From the NCBI GenBank assembly GCA_000004985.1, contig GG738935.1: DNA of 64,000 bases; one strand, 5' to 3'. The DNA is from Naegleria gruberi (lineage: Eukaryota). Position 1 is the first letter of the stretch. Each line of letters starts with the position of its first letter. A program made the translations under genes and the position numbers. The notes beneath the pieces are model-generated. The model made no database searches. It saw only the letters and a program-made list of their open reading frames with translations, and was not told the DNA's origin. This document shows positions 33,988-46,340 of this stretch, piece by piece.

Positions 33988-35640
33988 TTAATCCTCCAAA
34001 ATTGATTTGATTTTGTTGTCTGTTTCTTTTAATAAACCTTTCTTAATATTATTGAGCTCGTGATAAATTAATTTGAAAACATCATCACCCAACCTCACAA
34101 ATGTGTAAACTTGTGTGAATTGAATAAATTCATCCAAACAATCTCTCTTAGCTGCAATCATTGCCTTAAAGTATGCTGCCACAACTTCTTTTGTGAATTG
34201 GAACTCTTCAGTCTTGGCACGTCTCATTAATAAATTAGCATCAATATAATTACCAGTCTTTTCGAAAATATTAAACATAATGATCAAGGTTTCCTCGTTA
34301 AATTTTCCAATGTGATGGAAAATTGTTTCAACTCTATCAAATCTTTCCTTAATCAAGCAATATTTCAATAGACAATTTTGAATTTCCAAAACCTCAGTAA
34401 CTCCACTCAACCCTACCAAATCATGGGCGACTTCAAAGATATCAATATATTTACCAACTCCAGGAATTTTAGATTGAACTGAAGGATCGAATATATTCAC
34501 ATCTTCATTCAAAAATTCAAGGAATAACCTTATATAAACTTGATTGATATTTCCATTATTTAAAATGTTTTGGAAAATCTGTGCAAGTTGATCCTTGTCC
34601 ATGATTCTGATAGCATTAATAATAGATTTAAATACCAATGGATGATTATAGAAAAATAGTGGTTCTACATTTTGAGTATCCGCCAGTAATACTTTGAAAT
34701 TTTCAAACAAATTAGTTGGAAGAGCCTCTACATCAAGTACAAATGAATTGGCATACATGTCTCTTGTGTATTTTTCCCAATTTCCTTTTGTAAATAATTC
34801 ATCTTTGAATGTGTCCTTCACCAAATTGAAGAAGGAATAAATTAATTTAGATGTTCTATTGTTGTATAAATTACTACAAATGCTCTTGTACATTTGTAAA
34901 GTTGGCAATACTTCACCTGTTTGTAATTTAGTTAATAGAGGTTTAATATCATCATACATTGTTTCCTTTTCCATAAATTTGAAAATAGCTTCAAAAACCT
35001 CAACAGTATATAATGAAATTGGTCGATTAATTAAAACTTCTCTAAAAATTGAAATACCCATATTATAGAATTGACATCTTCTCTCACCAAACATTTCATA
35101 TAATTTAACAATATAAATTTCATTGGATTTTCCTTTAAATACCTTTTCAAGTGCACCTCTATGTTGTTTCACTTGTTTATATTGAGATTCAATAGTACTG
35201 TGAATATTTCCTAAAATTGAAATTTTAAATAAATAAATATTCAACTCTGCAATGACATTCTTTGATTCCTCACTATTTTCAACCTTTAATTGATTGGTAA
35301 TCTCCTTACTGACAAAGTATGATTTTGATACAAATTCATTATCCACCAAACTAGTATTTTGTTCAACCATCTTTAAAGTACCATGTAAAACATTAACAAT
35401 AGAATTAACATGTTCCGAAGCGTTAAATGTTTTTCTATTTAAATGTTCATGTAAATCTCCAACTGTAAGTGATGAAACATCAATTATACTTTTGGTAGAA
35501 TAATTTAAAACTCCCTCTCTACTATTGTAATTATTAGTATTAGCATTATTAGAAATATTTAATGATGATAACCATCCAGACTTGGCATTCACTCTTCTTC
35601 CGATAATTGATGATGATGATGATGGAGTGAGAATTTTCAA
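33988..35640 (-). CDS. Hypothetical alpha-helical repeat protein (possibly organellar, PPR/TPR-like)
   Basis: 550-aa single-exon ORF. The N-terminus (MKILTPSSSSSIIGRRVNAKSGW) is Ser-rich and basic. The rest is predicted helical with repeated hydrophobic periodicity. No firm family assignment. Confidence 0.45.
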   Translation of the reverse strand: MKILTPSSSSSIIGRRVNAKSGWLSSLNISNNANTNNYNSREGVLNYSTKSIIDVSSLTVGDLHEHLNRKTFNASEHVNSIVNVLHGTLKMVEQNTSLVDNEFVSKSYFVSKEITNQLKVENSEESKNVIAELNIYLFKISILGNIHSTIESQYKQVKQHRGALEKVFKGKSNEIYIVKLYEMFGERRCQFYNMGISIFREVLINRPISLYTVEVFEAIFKFMEKETMYDDIKPLLTKLQTGEVLPTLQMYKSICSNLYNNRTSKLIYSFFNLVKDTFKDELFTKGNWEKYTRDMYANSFVLDVEALPTNLFENFKVLLADTQNVEPLFFYNHPLVFKSIINAIRIMDKDQLAQIFQNILNNGNINQVYIRLFLEFLNEDVNIFDPSVQSKIPGVGKYIDIFEVAHDLVGLSGVTEVLEIQNCLLKYCLIKERFDRVETIFHHIGKFNEETLIIMFNIFEKTGNYIDANLLMRRAKTEEFQFTKEVVAAYFKAMIAAKRDCLDEFIQFTQVYTFVRLGDDVFKLIYHELNNIKKGLLKETDNKIKSILED

Positions 35641-35752
35641 AGCCTTGACCTATTTAATGCTAAAATTGATGTTTTCATTTTTTTAAAGTTTGCAAATCAT
35701 TTTAATATATAATTTAAATAATATATTATTTAATACAGTGTTTGATGTTAAA

Positions 35753-36805
35753 TTACAATTGCTTCTTTATTGAGAGAATATCAGTGACTGGAATGTTCTT
35801 CACGCAACCAGTAAAAGTGAGAGAAGGTGTTTTTTTGTGTGAAGAAATTTCTTCAATGGACAAGTATTTCAAATTTTCTAAAGTTGTCTTATCTTCAAAC
35901 ATTTTCGAAACTCTTCCCATAATGATTTTGCTTGTTGGTGCACCAACATTTAGTTGTTGAGATTGAGGTATTTTAATTTCCAATTGACAAACATTTCCAA
36001 CTGAGAGCATTAATAATGATCCACTTCCAATAATACATGATGAATAGTAATCATAGTGATTGGATGGTGGTGATTTGTAATCCTTCATAGCCCATGAAAA
36101 TGTCAAAGATTGAATTGTTACTGAATTAGTTTGTTGTTGTGAATTAGTTTGTGAGAGAGGATTTGTTAATTTTTCAATGTAACAATCATTATCAATAGTG
36201 TTGACTTGATCATCATTTTCAACATAATATCCACATCTTTGTTTGAGTTCTTTAGCGTCACGAACAACAAAAACTCTTCCAGTAATTGTATTAAGAGGAA
36301 TTTCACCCTCTAAATCTGTCATATATCTTCTGAAATCATCCTTCTTTTTCATTAAATCCTCTCCTACTACACCCATCATTGATTTAACCTCTTCATGGGA
36401 TCTCAACATTTGTACTTTACATTTCTTAATATTTCCCATAAAAGTACAAGAATAAACACTTGTAATTTTACCTTCATGAATAGTTGGAGGTTCAGTTTGA
36501 CTCACAAAAATGTTAAACTGAATAAAGTCTCCAATCCAAAACATTTGTTCCCTAACAATTTCATTGTTAGTCGACTTGTATGTTCTTTTAAAGCCTTTAT
36601 AATATTTATTTCCGTCCTTTTCTGTTAGAAAGGTATGAAGAGTATCTTCGTATGTGACGGAATTTTGTGATAGATTAAATACTTGTTGATTTGTTGTGGT
36701 TGTTGTGGATGGTGTTGGTACCATAATCGAAGAATCAAAATCAAATGATTGTGGCACTGTACCACCTTGAATAGGATTTGATGAAGATAAATCGAATGAA
36801 GTCAT
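35753..36805 (-). CDS. Hypothetical protein with BAH-like domain
   Basis: 350-aa ORF. The segment FWIGDFIQFNIFVSQTEPPTIHEGKITSVY...CKVQMLRSHEEV...IPLNTITGRVFVVRD resembles the BAH domain pattern (VGD.V.V ... G.I..I ... EL..S ... I.GKC.V). The assignment is tentative. Confidence 0.4.
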   Translation of the reverse strand: MTSFDLSSSNPIQGGTVPQSFDFDSSIMVPTPSTTTTTNQQVFNLSQNSVTYEDTLHTFLTEKDGNKYYKGFKRTYKSTNNEIVREQMFWIGDFIQFNIFVSQTEPPTIHEGKITSVYSCTFMGNIKKCKVQMLRSHEEVKSMMGVVGEDLMKKKDDFRRYMTDLEGEIPLNTITGRVFVVRDAKELKQRCGYYVENDDQVNTIDNDCYIEKLTNPLSQTNSQQQTNSVTIQSLTFSWAMKDYKSPPSNHYDYYSSCIIGSGSLLMLSVGNVCQLEIKIPQSQQLNVGAPTSKIIMGRVSKMFEDKTTLENLKYLSIEEISSHKKTPSLTFTGCVKNIPVTDILSIKKQL

Positions 36806-37060
36806 TTTTTTTAATTTTTATTTGAATGGCGGGAAATTTTAACTTAACGTTCACAAGGCTGATATAAAATTCTATCGTCATATTTCCATCATTTAAATTA
36901 AATCTAACTTGGTATTGTTCCAGCATTAACCACCTATAGTTTTATTCCATCATTAAAAGTCTAATTTATAGGCTTTACAAAATTTAAAAACTTGAACCAG
37001 AGTTTGCAATGCCTCTCAAATAAGTCTTTGGTTCGGAGAGGATTTTGTTCCTTCAAAAAA

Positions 37061-38190
37061 ATGTTCAAGTCTACTGCTACTTCCACCCGTTCTGTTCTTC
37101 GCTCTGCTGTTCAAAAGCAAAGCATTGTCTCTTGCAGATCATTCCACCAATCTGCCATGTTGAATCAACACAGAGAAAAATTACGTATTGGTTTTATTGG
37201 TCTTGGTCAAATGGGTGCTAGGTAGGTATGAATTTAGGCTTTTCCGATACATGATATGATTAATTATCAATAATAACAAATAGAATGGCTCCTAATCTCC
37301 TCAAGGCTGATTCCAACGCTTATGAAGTTTTTGCCTATGATGTTATGGATTCTAATATTGAAATGACCACCAAGAAACAATCAAAGATTAATGCTTGTAA
37401 ATCTATCGATCAAATTATGCAACAAAATCCAGATTGTGTTATTACCATGTTGCCAACAACCAAGATTGTCACTCAAGTTTATGATGAAGTTGTTTCATTA
37501 AAGAAGAAATATGGAGCTTCTGAAAAAATTAGAACTGTCTGTATTGATAGTAGTACTGTTGATCCAAAGACTGTTCAAGATATTGAACAATTAATCAAGA
37601 GAGAACAATTGAATATGAGTGTAATGGATGCTCCAGTCAGTGGTGGTGTTAATGGTGCTGAAAATGCAACCCTTACTTTCATGGTTGGTACTGATAATAA
37701 GGTTGATTTTGAATTTGCTCAAAAGAATATTCTCTCAAAGATGGGTAAATCAATTGTTTTGTGTGGAGAAAAAGTTGGTATGGGTCAAGTTGCCAAATTG
37801 TGTAATAACTTGGTTTTGGGTATCTCAATGGCTGGTGTCAGTGAAGCTTTAGTTTTGGGAACCAAATTGGGTATGGATCCAAAGGTTTTGAGTCAAATCT
37901 TTGGTACCTCAACTGCTCAATGTTGGTCTGTTACTGCTTACAATCCATTCCCAGGTGTTATGGAAAATGTTCCAAGTAGTAGAAATTATGAAGGTGGTTT
38001 TGCTGTCAATTTGATGTTGAAGGATCTTGGTTTGGTCAATAGTGCTGCTAAGAATATTGATTATGATTTGGCTATGGGTCAACACGTTCAAGAATTGTAC
38101 AAGCAAGCTTCTGAACATGGATTGGGTGGTAAAGACTTTGGTGCCATTCTCAAATATTTCCAAGAACAATTAGAAAACAAGCAAAAGTAA
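37061..38190 (+). CDS. hibA: 3-hydroxyisobutyrate dehydrogenase, mitochondrial (two exons)
   Basis: Exon 1 is 37061..37221 (MFKSTATSTRSVLRS..., a mitochondrial presequence, then GFIGLGQMGA, the NAD-binding GxGxxG). Donor AG|GTAGGT; intron 37222..37283; acceptor AAATAG. Exon 2 is 37284..38190 (RMAPNLLKA...VCIDSSTVDP...DAPVSGG..GAENATLTFMVG...MGKSIVLCGEKVGMGQVAKLCNN...). This is the classic HIBADH family pattern. Confidence 0.85.
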
Positions 38191-38470
38191 CTCAATAATT
38201 TCAAATTTTATTTTTTAATTTATTTTTTTTAAAACACGTTTTTGGCTTACTTTGATCAACATAATTCTCTACTACAATCGAGTTGATCAGTTAATTGTAT
38301 TCCCATTATGATCATAATGAAATAAGAGAGCTTCCTGATTGTGTCTGTCCTATACCACCCAACTTATCTGAAATAAAGGTCGTGTTCTTCATAAGAAGAT
38401 CTGAAGAGAGAAAATTTGATCGTCATCATCAAGGCACAACAACAATAACAATAAAAAAACAACTAAAAAA

Positions 38471-40606
38471 ATGCTTTCACAATTGTTCTTCATACCTACA
38501 CGTAAAAAGGACATTCTTCTGCGTATAGCAATTCTCGCAGCCATCTACGTCTTGGCTTTCTGTGTGAGGCTTTTTTCAGTATTTAGATATGAAAGTGTTA
38601 TTCACGAATTTGATCCATACTTTAACTTTCGTTCAGCTAAATATTTAGTAGAAAATGGATGGTATGATTTCTACAATTGGTTTGATGATTTCTCATGGTA
38701 CCCAATTGGACGTGTGGTCGGAGGTACAGTATATCCAGGTATTCAAATCACTGCTGCTTTTATGTATTGGATTTTAAGAGCCATCAATTTTACAGTAGAC
38801 TTGAGAAATGTTTGTGTTTTGACTTCTCCATTCTTTGCTTCCAACACTGCTATGATTACTTATGCTTTTACTAACGAAATTTCCGGACCAAGTGCTGCTT
38901 TGGTATCATCAATTTTAGTTGCTCTTGTTCCTGGTTATATTTCTCGTTCTGTTGCTGGTTCTTTTGATAACGAAGGTGTTGCCATCTTTGCTTTGATTTG
39001 TACCTTCTACCTCTTTGTTAAGAGTGTTAGAACCGGATCACTTTTCTGGAGTGCTGTAGCTTGTTTGTCATACTTTTACATGGTCAACGCTTGGGGTGGT
39101 TATGTTTTCATTATTAACTTGATTCCTGTCTATGTTTTAGTTTTATTAGTTACAGGAAGATTCTCCCATCGTTTATATGTTGCTTATAGTTCCTTCTATA
39201 TTTTAGGTACATTGTTATCAATGCAAGTTAGATTTGTTAATTTCCAAGCTGTTCAAACAAGTGAACATTTGGGTGCTATGGGTGTTTTCATCTTACTTCA
39301 ACTTGTTAACTTTGTTAATTGGATTAGATCACTTCTTGATGCTAAAATGTTCCAAAGATTATTCGGATTTGTTGTTTCTTCCTTTGTTTTAACTGCTGGT
39401 TTGGCAATCTTGATTGGAAGTGCTACTGGTTATATTGCTCCATGGACTGGTAGATTCTATGCTATGCTTGACCCAACTTATGCCAAGAAACATATTCCAA
39501 TTATTGCTTCTGTTTCTGAACATCAACCTACAACTTGGGCAAGTTTCTTCTTTGATTTACACATTTTGGCTTTATTGTTCCCTGTTGGTTTGTACTTCTG
39601 TTTCCGTGAATTGACTGAAGCTTCCATCTTTATCATTATGTATGGTATGTTCAGTGTTTACTTTGCAGGTGTCATGGTTCGTTTGATCCTTGTCCTTGCT
39701 CCTGCTGCTTGTGTTCTTTCTGGTATTGGTATTTCCAAGACTTTGAAGACTTACATGAGAGCTCTCAAAGCAAAGACTCCAAAACAAGAAACAACAACAA
39801 CTGCTTCTCAAGATCCAAAGAAGAAGTCATCAACTCCAGAAAAGCCATCTCAAAATCCACTTCCAAAGGAAATTGCTGCTATTATGGTTATTGCTATGAC
39901 TTTCCTTTTGACTTTCTATGTTATTCACTGTGTTTGGGTTACTTCTGAAGCTTATTCTTCACCATCTATTGTTTTGGCTGCTCGTGGTCACAATGGTAGA
40001 AGAATTATTTTCGATGACTTTAGAGAAGCTTATTATTGGTTGAGTGAAAATACTAAACCAGATGCTAAGGTCATGTCTTGGTGGGATTATGGTTATCAAT
40101 TAACTGCTATGGCTAACAGAACTGTTTTGGTTGATAACAATACTTGGAACAATACTCACATTGCTACTGTCGGTAGAGCTATGGCTTCTAATGAAGCTAA
40201 GGCTTACAAGATTATGAGAGGACTTGATGTTGATTACGTTTTGGTTATTTTCGGTGGTGTTACTGGATATGCCTCTGATGATATCAACAAATTCTTGTGG
40301 ATGGTTCGTATTGGTGGAAGTTGTTACTCTGAAATTAAGGAAGCTGATTATTTGTCTCCAAGAGGTGAATACAGAATTGATGCTGGTGGTTCTCAAACCA
40401 TGTTGAACTCATTGATGTACAAATTGAGTTATTACAAGTTTGGTGAAATGACCACAGAATATCAAAGACCACCTGGATTTGATAGAGTTCGTCAAGTTGA
40501 AATTGGTAACAAGCAGTTTGAATTGGAACATATGGAAGAAGCTTTCACTTCTGAACATTACATTGTTAGAATCTTCAAGGTTAAGAAGGAATCTAACAGA
40601 TCATAA
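38471..40606 (+). CDS. stt3: Dolichyl-diphosphooligosaccharide-protein glycosyltransferase catalytic subunit STT3
   Basis: 711-aa multipass membrane protein with the hallmark WWDYGYQ motif ([29 protein letters not shown]). The N-terminal region [35 protein letters not shown] carries the DxD-type motifs. The luminal C-terminal domain is present. Confidence 0.9.
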   Translation: MLSQLFFIPTRKKDILLRIAILAAIYVLAFCVRLFSVFRYESVIHEFDPYFNFRSAKYLVENGWYDFYNWFDDFSWYPIGRVVGGTVYPGIQITAAFMYWILRAINFTVDLRNVCVLTSPFFASNTAMITYAFTNEISGPSAALVSSILVALVPGYISRSVAGSFDNEGVAIFALICTFYLFVKSVRTGSLFWSAVACLSYFYMVNAWGGYVFIINLIPVYVLVLLVTGRFSHRLYVAYSSFYILGTLLSMQVRFVNFQAVQTSEHLGAMGVFILLQLVNFVNWIRSLLDAKMFQRLFGFVVSSFVLTAGLAILIGSATGYIAPWTGRFYAMLDPTYAKKHIPIIASVSEHQPTTWASFFFDLHILALLFPVGLYFCFRELTEASIFIIMYGMFSVYFAGVMVRLILVLAPAACVLSGIGISKTLKTYMRALKAKTPKQETTTTASQDPKKKSSTPEKPSQNPLPKEIAAIMVIAMTFLLTFYVIHCVWVTSEAYSSPSIVLAARGHNGRRIIFDDFREAYYWLSENTKPDAKVMSWWDYGYQLTAMANRTVLVDNNTWNNTHIATVGRAMASNEAKAYKIMRGLDVDYVLVIFGGVTGYASDDINKFLWMVRIGGSCYSEIKEADYLSPRGEYRIDAGGSQTMLNSLMYKLSYYKFGEMTTEYQRPPGFDRVRQVEIGNKQFELEHMEEAFTSEHYIVRIFKVKKESNRS

Positions 40607-40844
40607 ATTGTAATCTTTAAAACTCTTGATATTTATATTAGTGAAATAACATTAATAAACAAAAAGTATATTAAATTACTGAACTATTTTTTTCACAATG
40701 CAATTTTCAGCTTACATTAACACAACGAACTGATAATAAGAGAGATATAGAATTTGATTGAAAATTATTTTGTAATAATTTATAATAAATTAAAATTGTG
40801 TTGGTGGAATTAGTTAAAAAATTAGGGAGGGAGATTTAGGAATA

Positions 40845-41531
40845 TTATACAATGTCTTCACTATTTACAATATGTACAGATGCTTCTTTCATTTCTTGGA
40901 GGGCAATTTTTACAGAATCTTGTGACACTCCTCTACTAGCATCTTTGATTAAAAAAGTATTGTACCCCAGAGAAACAGAGTCCAAAGAGGTATATTTTAC
41001 ACAAACATCAAGAGCAACACCAGCAATATATGTATCAGTAATGCCATGGCTCTTAAGTATCTCGTCTAACTTGGTTTGATGTTTCTTATTATTATCGAAA
41101 AATCCACTGTATGAATCAACGTTGGTATTGCAACCCTTTTCTACTACAATATCATCATCTTCAACGATGAGATCAGGATGAAATTCGGCACCTCTAGTTC
41201 CCTGCACACAATGCACAGGCCACATAATTTGTTCAGTTCCGTCTTCCATAATCTTTGTTGACATTACAGGCATATCGTGATTAACAGCAAAACTGATATG
41301 GTTTCTAGGGTGGAAATCTTGGGTGAGTACGATCAAATCCCAATTTACTGATTGTCTAATGTTATTAAATACTTCAATCACATCATTAGCATTATCTACA
41401 GCTAACGATCCTCCTTCCAGAAAGTCATTTTGTACATCTACTATAATCAAGGCTCTCTTACGGATCCTTCTTGGTGTTGGTTGTTCAACGGCAAAGCCAT
41501 TGTTGAGGTGTAAGTTATATGTTGTGGTCAT
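40845..41531 (-). CDS. Nicotinamidase/pyrazinamidase (isochorismatase family)
   Basis: 228 aa. The motifs are ALIIVDVQNDF (catalytic Asp), WPVHCVQGTRGAEFH (metal-binding His) and the Cys region DVCVKYTSLD. The pattern is like PNC1/PncA. Confidence 0.8.
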   Translation of the reverse strand: MTTTYNLHLNNGFAVEQPTPRRIRKRALIIVDVQNDFLEGGSLAVDNANDVIEVFNNIRQSVNWDLIVLTQDFHPRNHISFAVNHDMPVMSTKIMEDGTEQIMWPVHCVQGTRGAEFHPDLIVEDDDIVVEKGCNTNVDSYSGFFDNNKKHQTKLDEILKSHGITDTYIAGVALDVCVKYTSLDSVSLGYNTFLIKDASRGVSQDSVKIALQEMKEASVHIVNSEDIV

Positions 41532-42879
41532 GTTTTTTTTTAGTTGAAGTTCTCTGTCATTGCATTCCTCGCTTGCTGATAAATTGCATTTGATGCGTTA
41601 TTTTCGCTCTGAGAATTGAGAATTGGATATATTGGAACTTCCTTCAACGCATGGAAAATTGATGATCCAAGCCGTTTAAAAATAAACAAATGACGATGGC
41701 GGGAAAGTCACAGAGATGAACATTGAAATTCTCATGAAACCTTGCATAGGGCTTTGAGAATGAAACTTGTCATCAATTAGCATGGGTAAAAAGATGTAAA
41801 TTACAACTTGTAAATAATTAAGTAACAAATTGTAAATAACACAAAATGTTGAGAAAGATGAAGTTTCAATTTCGATTGTAAAAAGATGATAAAGAAAATG
41901 TTATACCAAAATTTGCACCAACCAATGCAACATAGAATGTTCAATAAATACGAAGGTGATCAACCCTTTCAATTTCTTCAACAAACCTTACTGAACCAAC
42001 AATCTCTCACCTGTAAAAAATCTTGTTTTTGACAATAATTGTAATACAATGGAAAATCTCACTGTATATCGGGCTGATTAGAGGAAAATTAATGATGAAG
42101 AATGTGATGATACAAGCGCGTAGCGAAACAATACCAATCCAAACAAGGTTGCATACGCTGATTGGCTTCCTTATTTAATGATGTTACCTTAAAAATCCTT
42201 AATGATTCAACACCATTGAGAAAATGGAATCAGTTTTATTGGAGTATTGGTATTTTCCTCTCTTCTTTGATTAGATTATAACAAAACAACTTGAAGAGAA
42301 GTCATGCTTAAGTTGTTAATTGTTTTGTAAATAGATGGAAAATGGATTTTATGTTAAATGAATGACTACTTTCATGTACTATTTAAATATAATTGATTAA
42401 ATTTGATCTCATAACCTTGCATCTAATAGTATCTGATGATTGCAATACATTTTTTAAGCTATTAATTCCTTAATCAAGATTCAATTTAAACATGAGATTC
42501 AAAATTATAAGGATATTGCAAAACGAAATGATATTGCAACACTATTGTATCCAAAGATTATAGTGCATTGTTTATATCATCGTTGATTTCTTTTACCTGC
42601 CCAACAATGTAACCCGCCTTCATCATGATGATGGATCGGAGTGGGTTGTATCTTGTACAGCACCACGAATAGTTGTGTCGTCTTCCTTAAAAGAAACTTT
42701 AAATTTTCTCCTCCTCGATCAGTGAAAAAAGCATTAACAATCACCAAATTAACAACCAAACAAACACACGAACAGGAGGCGCCTCACAACTTCTTTATTA
42801 AAAAAGAGAATCACACAATATTTCATCACCATCCTTTCATCAAAGATATCTGTACGCCTCTTGAAAAACAATAGAGAAA

Positions 42880-43056
42880 ATGATGGATCAAGTTATTAGA
42901 TATTTAAAAGATTGTGGTTTTGGATCGGACCAAATTAAACAATTATTAAGCGATAAGACAACCACTAAACAGTTTGAAGGAAGCCTTTCAAAATTATTAG
43001 AGACTCACTTTGATGAAAAAAAGAAGGAAACAATGCAACAACAGGAAAAGGTCTAA
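42880..43056 (+). CDS. Small ORF (58 aa) that shares an N-terminal motif with the downstream F-box gene; hypothetical
   Basis: MMDQVIRYLKDCGFGSDQIKQLLSDKTT... Compare the N-terminus of the 43309 gene: LHNLKDVGLSSDQIFQLLMEKEKT. The shared pattern is L(K)D-x-G-(F/L)-x-SDQI-x-QLL. The ORF is below the ORF-track threshold. Confidence 0.25.
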   Translation: MMDQVIRYLKDCGFGSDQIKQLLSDKTTTKQFEGSLSKLLETHFDEKKKETMQQQEKV

Positions 43057-43308
43057 ATTAGATGAGTTTAACAAAGATGTACATTAGGTTTTAAAATTTT
43101 GTAGAGTTTAAAACAATGAAAACACACTATTTGCCAATCATAATATTCAATCTATTAACAAATTGTTGATAATAACACACACTTGAAGAATAATCCATAG
43201 CTATGGTCAATCGAAGCCAAACAATTTGTATAAATATGTTGATATAACAAAAAATTATTATCTTTTAATTGTAAAATTATGACTTCTTAATTCTTTTAAA
43301 CAAAAAAA

Positions 43309-45120
43309 ATGTCTCAAAAAGAACAAGAAGATAATCTCCTTCACAATTTAAAAGATGTTGGTTTGTCTTCGGATCAAATTTTCCAACTCTTGATGGAGAA
43401 GGAAAAAACCCTTCAAAAACAGGAAGAAAGAAAAATCAAGGAATTAGAAAGTAATGGCAGACAAAGTACAAGCACTAGCCAATGCACAAATTCTAATCAA
43501 GACAATATTAGTAGAAAGAGAACACTTGAATCATCTCCAGCCATGTTATTAAATTTAATTAAGAAATCTAAGCGGAATGGTAAAACCTTGATGGATTTGT
43601 GTAACGATGAAATATTATTGATTTTTGAATATCTTTCAAACTTTGATGTATTTAAAATGTCACAATTATCTAAGGGATTTAGAGATTTAGTTGAACAAGT
43701 CAATGTATTACATTTGGTTACAAAAATAAGAAGTTCTACACTAATTCATTTTATGAACAGTAGATATTTTTATAATATTCAAAAATTAATTATTGATATC
43801 ACTATTCCTCATATTATTGCACAATCTGTTTTGACTTATTGTAATTCCAATAGATTGAAGGAACTAAAACTTACTGTTGATGATAACTCTGAAGACACTC
43901 TTTCATTTTCCCAGTTCAAGGAATCATCATTCAAAAATTTGGAGAAGTTACATATTATTTGTGGAGAAAAATACGTAATCCAGTTGGATAATATCGAGCT
44001 ATTCAATCTAACAGATTTGACAATTGATGGCGCTTGTTGCCCATTTCAATATTATTTAAATAAGCATGTTAACAATATCACTAGATTGCATTTGGAAAAG
44101 GTTGAACATTGTACATTATCTGAACTTCCACTTGTTGAACTTAAACACTTAACTATAAGGGACAGTAATTTATCAATAACAACTATTGCAAGCTTGTTAA
44201 ATAATTCGGAATATTTGGAATATGTTAATCTCTTTAATGTTTATGGATTCGATAGTGATGAAGAGGACGAAGAGGAAGAGGACGATTCAATAGAAGTAGA
44301 ATTACCTTCTTTACAAACTTTAATCATTAACAATGTTTGTCATACATTTACTTCTCTAATATTTAAATCAGAGATGCCAGATTTGAATTATTTCACAATT
44401 CAAAAGATGTTGAAATCAGATGCAGAAATATTAAAGGACAATGCATCTATTACATCTTTGAAAACGCTAAAAGTCGAGGAAGGGATTGAAGAAGGAGCCA
44501 TGTCACTATTAGTGCAGTCTAGTACCTTCTTCAACGAAATAGAATGTATACGTATGGAATTTAAAAGTGAAACAATAGATCCTAAATCTTTAGTGTATAT
44601 CTCAAGCAAGCCTAATTTATTTCGTAACCTTACTGAATTGGTTTTACATACAATTGATGGCGGTAGTACAATGGAAGGATATCAATCCTTCTTTACCTCT
44701 AAGAATATTTCTAATATCAAAAAATTATCTTTGGTATGTCCATGGGATTCTCAAGATTTGATTTTTTTAGCCAACACAACAGTTTTACCAGAGTTGACCA
44801 GACTAACCATTTTCGATACTCTCTATTATGAAAAATTTAATGATGATTTTTTCTCTACCTTTGCTAAAAATAGTAATTTCAAAAACTTGGAGGAGCTGAG
44901 AATTAGTTTCATTAATGATGATGGTATTAGAGAAATTTTAGACTCTCGCCATCTTAACAAATTGAAAAAGATTGTTGTTAGTGAAATGGTTGTCACTGCT
45001 TGGGGATTCAAACAATTAGAGAATCGAGGATTGGAATGGACAACTTTTGAATCAATCAAAGAGGATTCTGATAGCGAAGAGGAAGAAGAAGAAGAGGATG
45101 ATGAGAATAGCGAACAATAA
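43309..45120 (+). CDS. F-box domain protein with LRR-like repeats and acidic C-terminal tail
   Basis: 603 aa. The F-box-like segment is LCNDEILLIFEYLSNFDVFKMSQLSKGFRDLV. Repeated L.xL.L units (LTDLTIDG, LKHLTIRDSNLS, LKTLKVEE...) follow. The C-terminus is EDSDSEEEEEEEDDENSEQ. Confidence 0.65.
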   Translation: MSQKEQEDNLLHNLKDVGLSSDQIFQLLMEKEKTLQKQEERKIKELESNGRQSTSTSQCTNSNQDNISRKRTLESSPAMLLNLIKKSKRNGKTLMDLCNDEILLIFEYLSNFDVFKMSQLSKGFRDLVEQVNVLHLVTKIRSSTLIHFMNSRYFYNIQKLIIDITIPHIIAQSVLTYCNSNRLKELKLTVDDNSEDTLSFSQFKESSFKNLEKLHIICGEKYVIQLDNIELFNLTDLTIDGACCPFQYYLNKHVNNITRLHLEKVEHCTLSELPLVELKHLTIRDSNLSITTIASLLNNSEYLEYVNLFNVYGFDSDEEDEEEEDDSIEVELPSLQTLIINNVCHTFTSLIFKSEMPDLNYFTIQKMLKSDAEILKDNASITSLKTLKVEEGIEEGAMSLLVQSSTFFNEIECIRMEFKSETIDPKSLVYISSKPNLFRNLTELVLHTIDGGSTMEGYQSFFTSKNISNIKKLSLVCPWDSQDLIFLANTTVLPELTRLTIFDTLYYEKFNDDFFSTFAKNSNFKNLEELRISFINDDGIREILDSRHLNKLKKIVVSEMVVTAWGFKQLENRGLEWTTFESIKEDSDSEEEEEEEDDENSEQ

Positions 45121-45295
45121 TTTTACTAATGCTTAATCAAACTGAAATTTTCTAGCGTTCATTGGAACTGAAACCACTCCTTACCTTTTCATCTATTATA
45201 TATCATTCATGCTTGAATGTTAGCTCAACATTAGTCTTAGAATTAAAACATGCACAGAAAACCATCAATTGTTCTATTATACTATTTACATTTAT

Positions 45296-46340
45296 TTACA
45301 TTTTATTTGGTTTTAAGGTAATAATTACCAGCACTAGTGCCATTAGCAGAATTACAATTTCAAGAATTACTTTCATAAATCCCTTCTTAGTTTCTCCACC
45401 GTCATTTGAATCAAAGCTACTACTAGTATTCGAAACAGTTGATTCATTTCCATCACTGTCACTATCATCACAATTCTCAATCATTTTCAATATTGATAGC
45501 ATGTAATATATTCTGATCAGTGGTTTGATTTTCACACCAATTGCCTTATTCAAAATCACTCGCTCAATAAATTTGGATTCCAAAATTGGTAGATTTTCTC
45601 CATATTTCAAAACAATTCCTTGTTCTTGCATGAATTGTTTTAGAAAATCTTGATTGGTGCAAAAGTTCAGTATTGTGCTAATGATATTCCTTGTTAAACA
45701 TTCTTGAGCTGTATTTCCATTCCTAGATTCTCTAATATTTACATCAATTCCATTCTCTATTAAATATTTAACAATTTCAATACTATTGTAATGAGTGCAA
45801 TAGTGTAACCATGAAAAATTGTGAGATTCTTCACAGATATCATTAATGTGAACTATTCCATTATCAATTAAGTATGTAGCACATTCCAAATTATTTACAA
45901 AACAACATTTTCTCATTGCTATCAATGGATTCAATCCAGAATCTATCAATACTTTCAATTCGTTCGCCTTCGTCTCCTTTCCAATACTTGTATCTTCAAG
46001 CATTTTACTATTTCCAGTTCCTTTATATCTTTCCTCTTCAACTCTATAACAAGTAATCATATTAGTAATTCTTCTATCTTTTGGAACTGACACAAAAACA
46101 GTCNNNNNNNNNNNNNNNNNNNNNNNNNNNNNNNNNNNNNNNNNNNNNNNNNNCCGATCTCAACATTCCATGAAATGTTCTTTCGAATAAAATTGCATGT
46201 GTGCGATCACTTTTATATGAAGTCAATGAAAGGTCAATACTTCCATCATCATAATCAATATCATTTTCATCATTTTCTTCTTGTTGGCTCAATTTTTTCA
46301 AAGAGGCCGATGTTAATCTTGCATTTCTTGTTTTGTACAT
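45296..46340 (-). CDS. Ankyrin-repeat protein with C-terminal transmembrane tail anchor; interrupted by an assembly gap
   Basis: ORF 45296..46093 contains ankyrin-type repeats (NPLIAMRKCCFVNNLECATYLIDNGIVHINDICEESHNFSWLHYCTHYNSIEIVKYLIENGIDVNIRE). It ends in FMKVILEIVILLMALVLVIITLKPNKM*. The in-frame ORF 46154..46340 (MYKTRNARLTSASLKKLSQQEENDEND...) lies upstream of the 50-N gap and is probably the true N-terminus. Confidence 0.6.
46104..46153. other. assembly gap (50 N)
   Basis: Run of n. Confidence 1.
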
